From: Octopus sinensis
Taxonomy: Eukaryota
NCBI RefSeq assembly: GCF_006345805.1
Contig: NC_043011.1
Coordinates: 24,440,464-24,504,463 of the forward strand
Length of the DNA stretch: 64,000 nt
Direction of reading: 5' to 3'
Shown: positions 50,620-62,811 of the stretch, one piece after another
How positions within the stretch are numbered: position 1 is the first letter of the stretch
Layout: every line of letters begins with the position of its first letter
Made by a program: the position numbers and the translations under genes
Notes under the pieces: model-generated
The model's database searches: none
What the model was told of the DNA's origin: nothing
The model's input: the letters and a program-made list of their open reading frames with translations, nothing else

Positions 50620-51250
50620 TTTTCCACATCTCTCAATCTTCTGCTGCCATCTGTGAGTCAACAATATTGAGGCTTGTCCATTCTTTGATGTTATAAATCC
50701 AACTTTTCTTAAGCTTGCTTTGCTTTCTCCTACCTTGCACAATGCTCTGAAGAATTGTCTTTGCTAGGCTTCTGGAGCTTCTTGTGAAATAGTCATAACC
50801 ATATTAGTTGCTTTGTCTTTGAAATTGTCAGTAGACCCGTGTATGGTCCAGTAGCCTGGGTCATGCTCATCTTAACTTCATTATTCATAATGTGTTCTTT
50901 GTATGAAAAACCTAGGGACTGTCTGTAGCATCTCATCTCCATTGCACTTACCTTTTCCCAGTTCTGCTGTTAATGTCCAAGTCTTGCAAGCATATAGGAA
51001 AATATAAATCACAATTTTGCAAGTGTTGTCATTATGAGATGTCTGGCCTGGATCCTTCATCAGTGATCACAGCTCCCAGGTATTTGAATTTGCTGACAGT
51101 TTCTAGTGTTTGTCTGTTCACTGTGATGTCATTTGTGGTGCATTCTGTGTTACTGTTGGCTATGATTTTGATTTGCTCCACACTTATTTCCAGTCTATAT
51201 GCCTTTGAGTTACTTTCAAGCTATTTCAACCAAACTTGTTAAATTAACAT
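50620..51250 (-). mobile_element. Decayed RTE-clade LINE 3' fragment
   Basis: Minus frames give SKAYRLEISVEQIKII, LETVSKFKYLGAVITDEGSRPDI and FLYACKTWTLTAEL. Confidence 0.82.
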
Positions 51251-52084
51251 TTGAGTGGTTGCATATTCCAACCATTTGAATCACATGTATGTATCCAAAG
51301 TCTTTCACACAATCTCTGTCAATCCAATTTTATTCGTCCAATATGAGGTCAAATCCTTTTTTGGATTTGGTGACTTGTGGGCCTCAATGATCTTTAGAAC
51401 TTTGCCGATGAAGTACAAGCTCCTGATAGGGCCTCCCATGCTGGACAGGTCAAAGGATAGTGGCCAGACAAATATGAATCATCTCTCCCAGAGGTTAAAA
51501 TGTGCTTGTATTGAGGCAACACTCCTACCTAGAAAAAAAGCAAAGTTACAGAAGCCTTGATGACAATTCAAAACCAACAAGACCTAGAAGAGGAAGGCCT
51601 TCTTTGCTCAGAGAAACCAGCATCCTGCATTACCCACAAGGGAGGAAGAAGAGAAGATACCCTAAATATAGCTAGAGGTAAGATACTTAGGCAGAGCTGA
51701 AAAAGTAGGAATCCAACTGGAGAAAAGCAGGAAAGACAGCCAAGAGTCAAGAATGAGGGAGAAAAGTCATTGAGGATCTATACTTCATAGAAAATAATAA
51801 AGGGCTTTACATAGGAGACATGAGTTGATCCAATGTTGTGGGATTGAACTTGTGATCTCATGACTGGGAAGTGAACTTCTTAACCATTCATTACTCCAAC
51901 ATCAATCAATTTCTCTGTAGAGTAATAATGTTTTGGATCTTTTCCAAGTCCCCTTAAAAGGTGCAACTCTTTTGTGAAAGATATTCAGCTTATCTTGATC
52001 TAAGATACTTATGTTTTTCCTCTGAGGATTGGCAAAGTCTTGCAGCAACTGTTTGATCCTAGGTTTTTCTTTGTCACATCTCTC

Positions 52085-52292
52085 ATTGGCAACTCTGGCA
52101 GCTTGTCTTTGTCTTGCATCCTTTAAACGTTTTTCTCTTTCTGTTTTTGAATCTTGGCTCCTGTGGATTGCATTTTGTTGATGTAATTGTTCTAACTGTT
52201 TTTCCTTTGCCTCTTGTGACTCATTGGCCTTGCATGCAGCAGCTCTCCTTTGGTCATTTTCATGTCTTTGCTGTCATTATGCAGTGGTCTCT
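52085..52292 (-). pseudogene. Decayed coding fragment with three 23-aa STPR-like repeats (Helitron RepHel N-terminus-like)
   Basis: ETTA**QQRHENDQRRAAACKAN / ESQEAKEN.LEQLHQQNAIHRSQ / DSKTEREKRLKDARQRQAARVAN. One frameshift, and the TAA/TGA stops fit C>T decay. Confidence 0.6.
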
Positions 52293-52509
52293 AGTGACCT
52301 TACTCTGGCTACCTATACTCATCTTTGCTTCACTATACAATACTGATCATATACATCTACCCTGTCTCCTCTGGTAAAAGTGAGAACATTCTTCTTGGAA
52401 ACTTTTTAGAGAATGAAAATGGGGATTAAGTGAAAAAATCAGTGAAAGTTACATGAACATCTTCACAAGAGTGATTGAAATAAATGGCAATCGTGCAATG
52501 CCGCATGCA

Positions 52510-52515
52510 TGTGCA

Positions 52516-52555
<40 letters not shown>

Positions 52556-53488
52556 CACACACACAAATACATTCAGTATCAAACATCAGTGTCTCTTTCT
52601 CTTCTGTTTTCCCCCTCTCTTTGTGATGGCTTTCTTTCACCTTCACCTATAGAACATAGATACAGTATCAAACATCAGTGGCTTTCTCTCTCCTGCTATC
52701 TCTCTCTCTCTTTCAACATCTCCTATAGAAACTTATTTTCTCTCTTTGTTTCTTTCTTTCTTCTCTCTGTCTTTTTCTCATTCTGAGTTTCTTTCGCTCA
52801 CACATATTCTCTCTCACTCTCTGTAATAGTTCCTTTCTTTTAGTCTGTTTCTTTTACTCTCTCTTTCTAACTTACTGACACACCTACACTATTTACATTT
52901 CTCCCTCTGTTGAAAAATGTTGTGATGAATGAGGAGATGGAGAAGGAAAGAGCAACTTCTTCACTTTGCTTCTGTGTTTCTTTCTCTCTCTTCTCACTCC
53001 CTCATTGGCATTATGCACAGACATACAAATACACAAACATCTGCTAATGTATAAATATAGGTGTGATGTCATCATCGTAGTGGTATAAAATATTGTTTAT
53101 GATAGTTGACTTATAGAAAGATTATAATGTTAAATTTTTGTAATGCAAATATATAAATGAAAAATAAAGTTCATATGGTAGCTGAAAGATTACTGAATCT
53201 TTTGATACCCTATACATCAAAATTGGCTACTAAGTTTTTGAAACATATATAGATATAGATGTGACGTTGTCGTCGTCATCGACGTGGTATAAAATGTTGT
53301 TTATGATAGTTGACACATAGAAAGATTATAATGTTAAATTTTTATAATGCAAATATATAATGAAAATAAAGTTTATTTGGTAGCCGAAAGATTACTGAAT
53401 CTGTTGATACCCTATACGTCAAAATCGACAGCTAAGTTCTGAATGCATAAGGAGCATATGCACAAACACAGACACACACACACACACA

Positions 53489-53521
<33 letters not shown>

Positions 53522-54460
53522 CACACACACAAATACATTCAGTATCAAACATCAGTGTCTCTTTCTCTTCTGTTTTCCCCCTCTCTTTGTGATGGCTTTC
53601 TTTCACCTTCACCTATAGAACATAGATACAGTATCAAACATCAGTGGCTTTCTCTCTCCTGCTATCTCTCTCTCTCTTTCAACATCTCCTATAGAAACTT
53701 ATTTTCTCTCTTTGTTTCTTTCTTTCTTCTCTCTGTCTTTTTCTCATTCTGAGTTTCTTTCGCTCACACATATTCTCTCTCACTCTCTGTAATAGTTCCT
53801 TTCTTTTAGTCTGTTTCTTTTACTCTCTCTTTCTAACTTACTGACACACCTACACTGTTTACATTTCTCCCTCTGTTGAAAAATGTTGTGATGAATGAGG
53901 AGATGGAGAAGGAAAGAGCAACTTCTTCACTTTGCTTCTGTGTTTCTTTCTCTCTCTTCTCACTCCCTCATTGGCATTATGCACAGACATGCAAATACAC
54001 AAACATCTGCTAATGTATAAATATAGGTGTGATGTCATCATCGTAGTGGTATAAAATATTGTTTATGATAGTTGACTTATAGAAAGATTATAATGTTAAA
54101 TTTTTGTAATGCAAATATATAAATGAAAAATAAAGTTCATATGGTAGCTGAAAGATTACTGAATCTTTTGATACCCTATACATCAAAATTGGCTACTAAG
54201 TTTTTGAAACATATATAGATATAGATGTGACGTTGTCGTCGTCATCGACGTGGTATAAAATGTTGTTTATGATAGTTGACACATAGAAAGATTATAATGT
54301 TAAAATTTTTATAATGCAAATATATAAATGAAAATAAAGTTTATTTGGTAGCCGAAAGATTACTGAATCTGTTGATACCCTATACGTCAAAATCGACAGC
54401 TAAGTTCTGAATGCATAAGGAGCATATGCACAAACACAGACACACACACACACACACACA
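52510..54460. repeat. ~967 bp near-identical tandem duplication bounded by (CA)n, each unit holding an older ~198 bp tandem duplication
   Basis: CAAATACATTCAGTATC at 52564 and 53530. Inner repeat GTGA(T/C)GT..GTGGTATAAAAT at about 53063/53261 and 54030/54227. Confidence 0.92.
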
Positions 54461-54544
54461 CACAAACCTCATATGTGTGTATGCATGTGTTTGTGTGTGT
54501 GTGTGTGTGTGTGTGGTGTGTATGTGTGTTTGTACTGATATTTA

Positions 54545-55370
54545 CCAGAAGCAAAGCAGTGAGCTGGCAGAATCATTAGCATGCCAGGCAAAATGCTTAG
54601 CAGTATTCCACCTGTCTTTACATTCTGAGTTCAAATTCCACCATGGTCAACTTTGCCTTTCATCCTTCCTTGGTAAAATAAGTACCAGTTGAGGACTGGG
54701 GTCAATATAATCGGCTTGTCCCCTCCCCCAAAATTGCTGGCCTTGTGCCAAAATATTTGAAACCAGTTAGCAGTAGCAACAAAGTAACTCAAGGGCCAAG
54801 AGTTTTGTGCATTAGCACTTATGAAACTTCCTATTTGCTTGTTTCCATCACCAAACTTACACACACACACACACACACGCACACACACACACACACACAC
54901 ATGCACACACATATTTGTTTTTTATAATGCACATGTTTCACTTTTCTTTTTTATCTTTTTCTTTTATTTGTTTCAGTCATTTGACTGTGGCCATGCTGGA
55001 GCACCACCTTTAGTTGAGCAAATCGACCCCAGGACTTATTCTTTGTAAGCCTAGTACTTATTCTATAGGTCTCTCTTGCCGAACCGCTAAGTCATAGGAA
55101 TGTAAACACATCAGCATCGGTTGTCAAGCGATGTTAGAGGGAAACACAGACACACAAACATACACACACACACACACACATAAACACACACACATATATA
55201 TATATATATATACGGCAGGCTTCTTTCAGTTTCTGTCTACCAAATCCAATCACAAAGCTTTGGTCGGCCCATGGCTATAGTAGAAGACACTTGCCCAAGG
55301 TGCCACGCAGTGGGACTGAATCCGGAACCATGTGGTCAGTAAGCAGGCTACTTACCACACAGCCACTGGA
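54545..55370. mobile_element. Family B SINE (+, 54545-54770) and young full family A SINE (-, 54960-55370)
   Basis: GAGCTGGCAGAATCATTAG..GAGTTCAAATTCC, and a well-conserved family A copy on the minus strand. Confidence 0.8.
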
Positions 55371-55445
55371 AAATTTTCATTTGTATAATTTTTAAATATG
55401 AATATTGGTCAAGATATGCTGTGCATACACTTCATGCAGAGTAGC

Positions 55446-55499
<54 letters not shown>

Positions 55500-56534
55500 T
55501 ACAGTAACAGCAGCAGCAGTGGTCAACTAGGAGTCTGCATTGTCATGCTTCATTAAGCTTGTGCTGTTGCAGGCAAGAAACACTTTTCTATCTTGCTAGT
55601 CAATGTAAGCGACTTAAATAATCAAACCACCTTCAATCTCTCTCCTCATCTTTCCTCCAACCCTGTTTCCCCCTTCTTCCCATCTCACTCCCTCCGACTC
55701 TCTCTCTCTTTCTCTCTCTCTCTCTCCTCTCTTCTTTCTCTGTATTCTTTGGTTCCTCTCATGGATACTTTGGTTTCTCTCTCAGATACATGTTTCTTCA
55801 TTAATGAGCTTCATTTTCTTTACATCTTTATTTAAATTAAATTTCCTATTAAAAATTTACTTTATTTTTGCCATTCTTTTAATTGTATTTTCACCAGCAC
55901 AGCAAAAAGACATAACTCATTATTCTTTACTCTTTACTCATTAATCTTTACAGCTCAGTGCAACCAGTCATTAACAGGTATCATGGTGTGGTACTGAAAG
56001 GAGAGAGAGCACCACCAAAGTTGCTGTTTCATTTGCTCACTGCACAGAGCTGTTGTTTTTGGTTGTTTATCCTCAGCTTGACCTTGATTGGGTAGATTTA
56101 GGATCAAAGGCTTTGTAGCAGTCACCACCTTGTCCTGTTTTCATATATAGCATTACATTACTCGGTGTCTCCTTCCTAGGATGTAATTTGTGGAAGATTT
56201 GACTGCTGTTCTTAACTGATTTACTAACCATGTAGAAGCCTCTTTATTTGCTAATGGTAGACTGCATTGGTTCTTTGGTGAATGCCATGTAATTGATCCA
56301 ATGGTGTCTAAAATATACTGGATATTACTCAGGATAGCTATTTCATTCTGATGCATTTTTTAGCAACTAAAGGAACTTCTGGAGATCCCTAGTTCTAGAA
56401 ATCAGTGAATCACATGTATAATGAAAACAAATCATCTAAAGGGAGATGTTCTTTGATGATGACAAACAACAGCAATCAGATATTCATATGTGAATCTGCC
56501 AGGACCAACATATTAAGAATGAATGGGTGTGTTA

Positions 56535-57165
56535 CTCTATTGTATCTTGGGAGGGTCATTATGCCAATAATAAACACACACTGGTTCAGTTTCACTTCTT
56601 TATTATTATTCTTCAATTACCACATAGAAAGAACCCAGTACATTCTGTGGAGTGGTTGACATTAGGAAAGGAATCCAGCCATAGCCAGCCATAGAGACCA
56701 TGTCAGAACAGACAATGGAGCCTGGTGCAGCCCCGGCCTTGCCACCTCTGGTCAAACCATCCAATCCATGCCAGCATGGAAAACAGGCATTAAATGATGA
56801 TGATAATGATGATGATGACGACGACGACGATTAGTTATTTAATCAACTAATTAATTGGTTGTCTGGTGAATCACTCAATCAGTTGTGTTTGCCAAAGTCC
56901 TTTCATTGCCATTCATGACCTCTTCTGTGACATGCCCTCTATACTCTGGTCAGTTTTTGGTCTTTCTCAGGGCCTCTCATCGAAGAGGTCATAAATGGTG
57001 ATGAAAGGATTTTGGCAAACACAACTGATCGATCAATTAACTGAATAATTAATCAAACAATTAATTGACTAAATAGCTCACTGATTCACAAAAACAATAC
57101 AGAAGTGAAATTGAACCAGTGCATGTGTTTGTTATTTGCATAATGACCTTCCTGAGATACAAAAA
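56535..57165. mobile_element. Long-TIR MITE interrupted by a family C retroposon (about 56615-56830)
   Basis: Outer arms TGTATCTTGGGAGGGTCATTATGC and GCATAATGACCTTCCTGAGATACA. Inner 45 bp inverted pair CAGTTGTGTTTGCCAAAGTCCTTTCA... and ...TGAAAGGATTTTGGCAAACACAACTG. Confidence 0.75.
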
Positions 57166-57490
57166 TATCTGGTTCATCACACAAGTTCCACATCAAGAAT
57201 ATTGCAAATCAAATAAAAGATGTTTGTATTCTTGTTGTTCTGCATGTACCCTATGAATTAGTATCTGTTTGGCAGACATTTGCAATGCATCAGCAAATAT
57301 TTTATTTACTAATTTCTATAAAAAAAATTGTAGTCTTGTGAGATTCATGAGTCTGGCTATTGTGTTGCTTTGACTGAGGAGACACACAATGAGGTTTAAA
57401 CACTACAGTATTTCAAAGTCCCCTTACATCTGTGCACCAGTGAATCATGTATTGAACACATGAGTCAACAAATCAGCTGAGCCATTAGAG

Positions 57491-57770
57491 CAGTGGTCAT
57501 CCATCAGGGTCTATATTGCCCCTGGGGTCCATATAAGATTTTGGGGGGTCTACACGACAAAATAGTAAATTAGGACTCCACAATAGTATTTTAAGGGCCC
57601 CTGAGAAAATGTTGCTTTAGATGTGTGTATTGGTATGTATTGCAAGAAACAGCTGGGTTTCTTTCTCCAACAAGTATCTATAAAACTAGTTTTTAAAAAC
57701 CAAATGGCTGTGGGGGTCCACCAGAATAGTAATCAAAGGGGTTCAGATAAAAAGTGGTTGAGAACTCCTG
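57491..57770. mobile_element. hAT (Buster-type) MITE
   Basis: Ends CAGTGGTCATC and GTTGAGAACTCCTG. Flanks CATTAGAG and ATTTAGAG (6/8 match). Confidence 0.7.
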
Positions 57771-58284
57771 ATTTAGAGTATTGGTTTAAATACCTTGTAG
57801 GTATTTGTCCCCACTCTTTGCACTTTGAGTTCAAATCCCACTAAGGTTGATTATGTCTTTCATCTTTTCAGAGTCACAAAATAAAATACCAATCCATAGT
57901 AATGGATTTGTGGAATTTTGGGGGTATCTATTCCAGCACTGTATTCTGAGTTTAAAATCCTACCTTGAATATCATTATGATAAACATATCTCATCCAGTG
58001 AGTGTAATATCAAAACAAAAAAAGTAAAAAATCAAAATAAAGAACACTAAAACCCCAAAGAGTATGTTTGTAATCAGTAAGGATGGTCTAGGGGCACAAA
58101 GTGCTTAATTGATAACAAAGAGGATGATGATGATGATAATGAGAGTGATGGCAATGATATTGATGTTGATGATGATGGTGATAGTGATGACGGTGATGAT
58201 ATTTTCATGCATAAATTTATATAGAACTTTATAACATTGGTTTATTATTATATAGTTATGGTTGTTTAAAGCATAACACTCAAG

Positions 58285-58472
58285 TAAGAATGAAATGCTT
58301 AGCAGTATTTTGTCTGCCACTACGTTATGAGTTCAAATTCCACTGAGGTTAACTTTGCCTTCCATCCTTTTGGAGTCGATGAAATAAGTACTAGTTACAC
58401 ACTGGGTCGATGTAATCGACTATCCCCCTTCCCCACAAAAATTTTAAAGGCCTTGTGCCTAGATTAGAAATA
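58285..58472 (+). mobile_element. 5'-truncated family B SINE flanked by a perfect 41 bp direct repeat
   Basis: ATTATTATATAGTTATGGTTGTTTAAAGCATAACACTCAAG at 58244-58284 and 58473-58513. Confidence 0.85.
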
Positions 58473-58559
58473 ATTATTATATAGTTATGGTTGTTTAAAG
58501 CATAACACTCAAGCTAGTTTAACTACATTAAAAATTTCAGTTATGTCTTTGATTTCACT

Positions 58560-61245
58560 CCATAGTTAAGACTGTTTATACTGTAATATTTGTCCTCAGC
58601 CATCTGGATGACTTCTCACAAATATGGTCATCTATGAAATTAACTGAACAACTCAAAGCATTCCATTGCTGCACCACCAAGAGGATTGCTTCAAGGTGAC
58701 TGATGAACTGCTGGACGAGACTGAAAGAAATAAAACTCTATTCTTTAGAGCAATGGTTCTCAAGGTGCACCCAGGCATACTGGTGCACCCAGAAGGAACA
58801 AAATATGAATGACTCTGCAACAGCCAAGTGTGTGAAAGTGTGGCACTTGCAGGTGGTGGTAGCAAATGTGGTGTTTTTATTGAGTTAAACAGTCATTCAG
58901 AGTGGAAATGTTGTTACTTTCACTTGCAAAAAGTACACCCATACAAAATGGATAGGTTTCTTATTAAAAAGAAGTGCAATATTAATGAATGTGAACCTAG
59001 AAGTGAGCAAAGCTTAAGTGAAACAAGTAGTTCAAATAAGAAACTGAAACCGTGGCCTACTCGTAAGTACGTTATAAGTTATTTAAGTTTTGGTTTCACA
59101 TGGACTGGAAGTGAAGACCATTTTTGACGTTATGTTTAGTATGTGGAAATAAAATGTCAAATGGATCATCGCTTTCTAGTGAACTGAGCAAACATTTAAA
59201 AACTAAACATCCTCATTTACAAGATAAATCTACAAATTATTTTAAGAGATTGTCTGAACAGCAAACTAAAATGGCAAATTCTTTCATAAATAAAATGATT
59301 GTCTCTGAGAAAACTCAAATTGCTTCCTACCAAGACTCAGAACTGATAGCACAAAATATGAAAGCTCATACTATAGGCGTCACTCATTTTTGCCTGCGTA
59401 CAAAAAGGTAGTCTCAACAATGCTTGGGAATGAAGAAGCAAAAGAAATAAGCAAGATTCTACTGTTCAACAATACAGTTCACAGGTGCATTTTAGAAATG
59501 TCTTCTGATATCGAGAAAAATTTATGTAGTAATAAACTTTAAGTATTCCCCTTTTGCATTGCAAGTTGATGAGTCAACAGACATTACCAGCAAGGTGCAA
59601 CTCTTAGCATTCATTTGTTTTATCGATGAAGCTCAAATAGTAAATCAGTTTCTTTTTTGCAAAGAATTAAGTGTCACTGCAAAAGGAGAGGACTTTTTCA
59701 ACATTCTGAATACAGACTTTGATAAATGGCAGTTATCATGGAAATCATGTGTGGGTATTTGTACAAATGGAGCCCCTTCCATGGTAGGCTGTGTTAAGGG
59801 TCTCACAGCTTTTGTAAAAAAACAAAATGAGAATGTTAGTGTTACTCACTACTTTCTTCAATGAGAGGCCTTGATGGCAAAAATATTAGAAGAGGAACTA
59901 AAAGAAGTTTTATATCAAGTTGTTCAGATGGTAAACTTTATTAGAACAACACCTGTCAAATCTCATATATTCGAACAGTTTTGTACCAATATGGATTCTC
60001 AACACAAATGGCTGACAAGAGGAAAAATACTTACCCATGTACACGAGCTATGACACAAACTTCCTGCGTTCTTTGAAGAAATGAAACAATCTAATTTGTG
60101 TGACCTTTTTCATTCCAAGTTTTGGATTGCCAGGTTACAGTTTTTGGCCAATATATTTCAGCTGCTCAATATTTTAAATACTAGCATGCAAGGGAAAGAA
60201 GAAAACATTCTAATGTCCACTGACAAAATGAAAGCTTTCCAAAAAAACTTAAGATTTGGAAATGAAAAGCTGTCGAAAGGAATTTGGAAATATTTCCTTT
60301 GTTAAGTCAAAGTGAAGCAGGTATAAATGAAACACTCCCATTAATAGTTGAGCATTTAGCAAGTTTAGAAGCAAATTTGAGTTCGTATTTCCAATCACTG
60401 AAAACTGAATAATATATACTGAATCAGAAACCCTTTCGTGGAAACTCCCAATGATTTCAAATTAACATTGATAGAAGAAAAGGAACTCGATGCTATATCT
60501 ACTGACTGTGGATTAACGATGAAACAAAAGGAATTGTCACTTGAAGCTTTCTGGATTTCTGTAAAAGATGAATATGTTTCGCTTTCTAAAAAAGCTCTTA
60601 CAATTTTGCTGCAATTTTCAACTTCATATCTATGTGAATTGGGATTTTCCACTCTTTCTACTATTAAGGACAAAAAGCGAGGAACACTTACATGTATTGA
60701 TGAAGAAATGCGAGTTTGTCTTTCAAACATACGCCCAAACATTGAAGAAACTGCCAAGACACATGGAGCTAATGTTTCCCATGAACTCAAAAATGAAGAA
60801 TTTTAAAGTATGCATTATTTTCTGTTATTTAGCTTAGAAATTTGCATATGGTGCACCCACAATTATTTGTAGGGGTTCAAGTGCACCCTGACCTCAAACA
60901 AGTTGAGAACCACTGCCCTAGAATGAAGACCAGAAAGGTATGTAGTGATATATGTCTGGAAAATCCTCAAAGAGTTGGCACCAAACTTTGAAACTGAAAG
61001 CTAGTAAAATCTCTGTAAATGATCATACTGCATAGAACCAAAAATTCCCTAGAATTATGTCCACATAATGTCATAGGTCTCAAAGGCTCATAGTTCTTCA
61101 ATACTCTACCAAAAGGCTTGGAGTATAAATGATGCTTTCAAGAGCTAACTGTACATTTTATTATCTGAGATTCTAGATGCCTTTACCTCATGGCAAGAAA
61201 TGCAAATGAGAGGAGCAACATTGCAGCAGTGAACTCTCTCATTCA
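58560..61245 (+). mobile_element. CR1/Jockey-group LINE 3' fragment in two pieces (about 58560-58750 and 60916-61245), split by the hAT element
   Basis: VLSHLDDFSQIWS...NCWTRLKEIKLYSLE | SLE*RPERYVVIYVWKILKEL... rejoins across the insertion. Confidence 0.75.
58751..60915 (+). mobile_element. Near full-length hAT Buster/Charlie-family DNA transposon with a disrupted transposase
   Basis: TIRs CAATGGTTCTCAA and TTGAGAACCACTG, with 8 bp flanks CTTTAGAG and CCCTAGAA. BED finger CLVCGNKM..LSKHLKTKH, catalytic-region motifs QVDESTDI and ICTNGAPSMVG, and dimerisation region FSTSYLCELGFSTL..EEMRVCLSNIRPNI. Many stops and frameshifts. Confidence 0.93.
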
Positions 61246-62160
61246 CAAAAAAAACAAACAATCAAAGTGGGAGGGTGAGTAAAAGTGCAGCAACAACAAC
61301 GATAGTGCCATAGCATGGCCACAGGACACAGGCTCAAATAGGTATTAGGTTGCCAAGAAAGTTCTGATTTATTTCATAGTTAAGGTTGTTTATAACATAA
61401 CACTTGAACACATTCTAGGTGTGACTAGCAAGACCGTATTATAGACTTTTACTTCAGAAGAATTAGAACTAAATGGATTCAATTTTGTTTCTCATTCAAC
61501 AACCAAACAGGAAATGAAACAAACTTTGAATGAATGACAATCCTTTAATGTGGTTACTTGATCTGCTAGAAATACCAGCTAAACTCTTCTCAAAGCACAT
61601 CACCTTACTATCATTAAAAGAATATAAAAGCAACGACACAGGATAATGCAGTTCTACATTCACTTGCTATGTTTGAAAATAGGAAATAAGATGAGATGGT
61701 CATAGCTGGAATTCTTTGATCCTTGGTCTGCTTTATCAGAGCTGACCTGACTGAAAAAGCAACAAATGATGACGATAACGATGACAACAGCAGCAGCAGC
61801 AGCAGCAGCAACAACAACAACAGAATAACAATAAGAACAAAACAACAGAGACATCAACAACAACAACAACTACAAAAACAAAACAACAGAACAACAAATG
61901 CATCAACGACAGCAAAAGCTAAATCAACAACAACAGCACAAAAAACAACTCCCCTTTTACCAAACAGCAAGCACAACAAAGCAACAACAATCAAACAAAC
62001 TTTGATATTTAGAAGAGAAAACATCTGTTCATATCAACAACTTTATAACAGACGGCTCTCTAGCTCATTATTGATTTGAACTAACACTGAATAGAGAGGG
62101 CCAAAACCAATCTTGATATTGGATTTCTGTAGGCTTATGATCATTTGAAACATTTAACAC

Positions 62161-62229
<69 letters not shown>

Positions 62230-62274
62230 GTAGTGTAATCTTGATATTTTATTTAGTGATAAATATAAAAATGT

Positions 62275-62740
62275 AGGTGTAGGCATGGCTGTGTGGTAAG
62301 AAGTTTGCTTCCCAACCACATGGCTCTGAGTTCAGTCCCACTGAGTGGCACCATGGGCAAGTGTCTTTAGCTATGGCCACAGGCCAACCAAAGCCTTATG
62401 AGTGAATTTGGTATATGGAAACTGAAAGAAGCCTGTCATGTGTGTGTGTGTGTATATATATTATATATATTTATACATATGTGCATACGTGTGTATATGC
62501 GTACATGAGTGTGTGTGTGTGTGTGTCTTTGTGTCTGTGTTTGTCCCCCACTACTGCTTGACAACCGGTATTGATGTATTTATGTCCCTGTAACTTTGTG
62601 GTTCAGCAAAAGAGACCAATAAGATAAGTAATTGGCTTAACAAAAAAATAAGTCCTGAGGTCAATTCATTTAACTAAAACAAAATTCTTTAAGGTGGTTT
62701 CCCAGCATGGCCACCGTCTAATGACTGAAACAATGAAAGA
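62275..62740 (+). mobile_element. Full family A SINE
   Basis: Head GGCATGGCTGTGTGGTAAG, (TG)n spacer, and tail GACTGAAACAATGAAAGATAAAA. Confidence 0.8.
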
Positions 62741-62811
62741 TAAAAAATAATTTCATTGACTCAATGCTTTCCAAAGGTCTGTCTACTCAACAAGATGATT
62801 TTAGTAACTAA

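Noticed and set aside
56153-56356. Further exon-like ORFs (also near 6145-6210, 11800-11985, 12431-12628, 19317-19583, 49200-49420)
   Set aside because: Splice-like signals or open frames are present, but there is no recognisable homology or consistent phase chain. This is expected by chance in 64 kb of AT-rich DNA.
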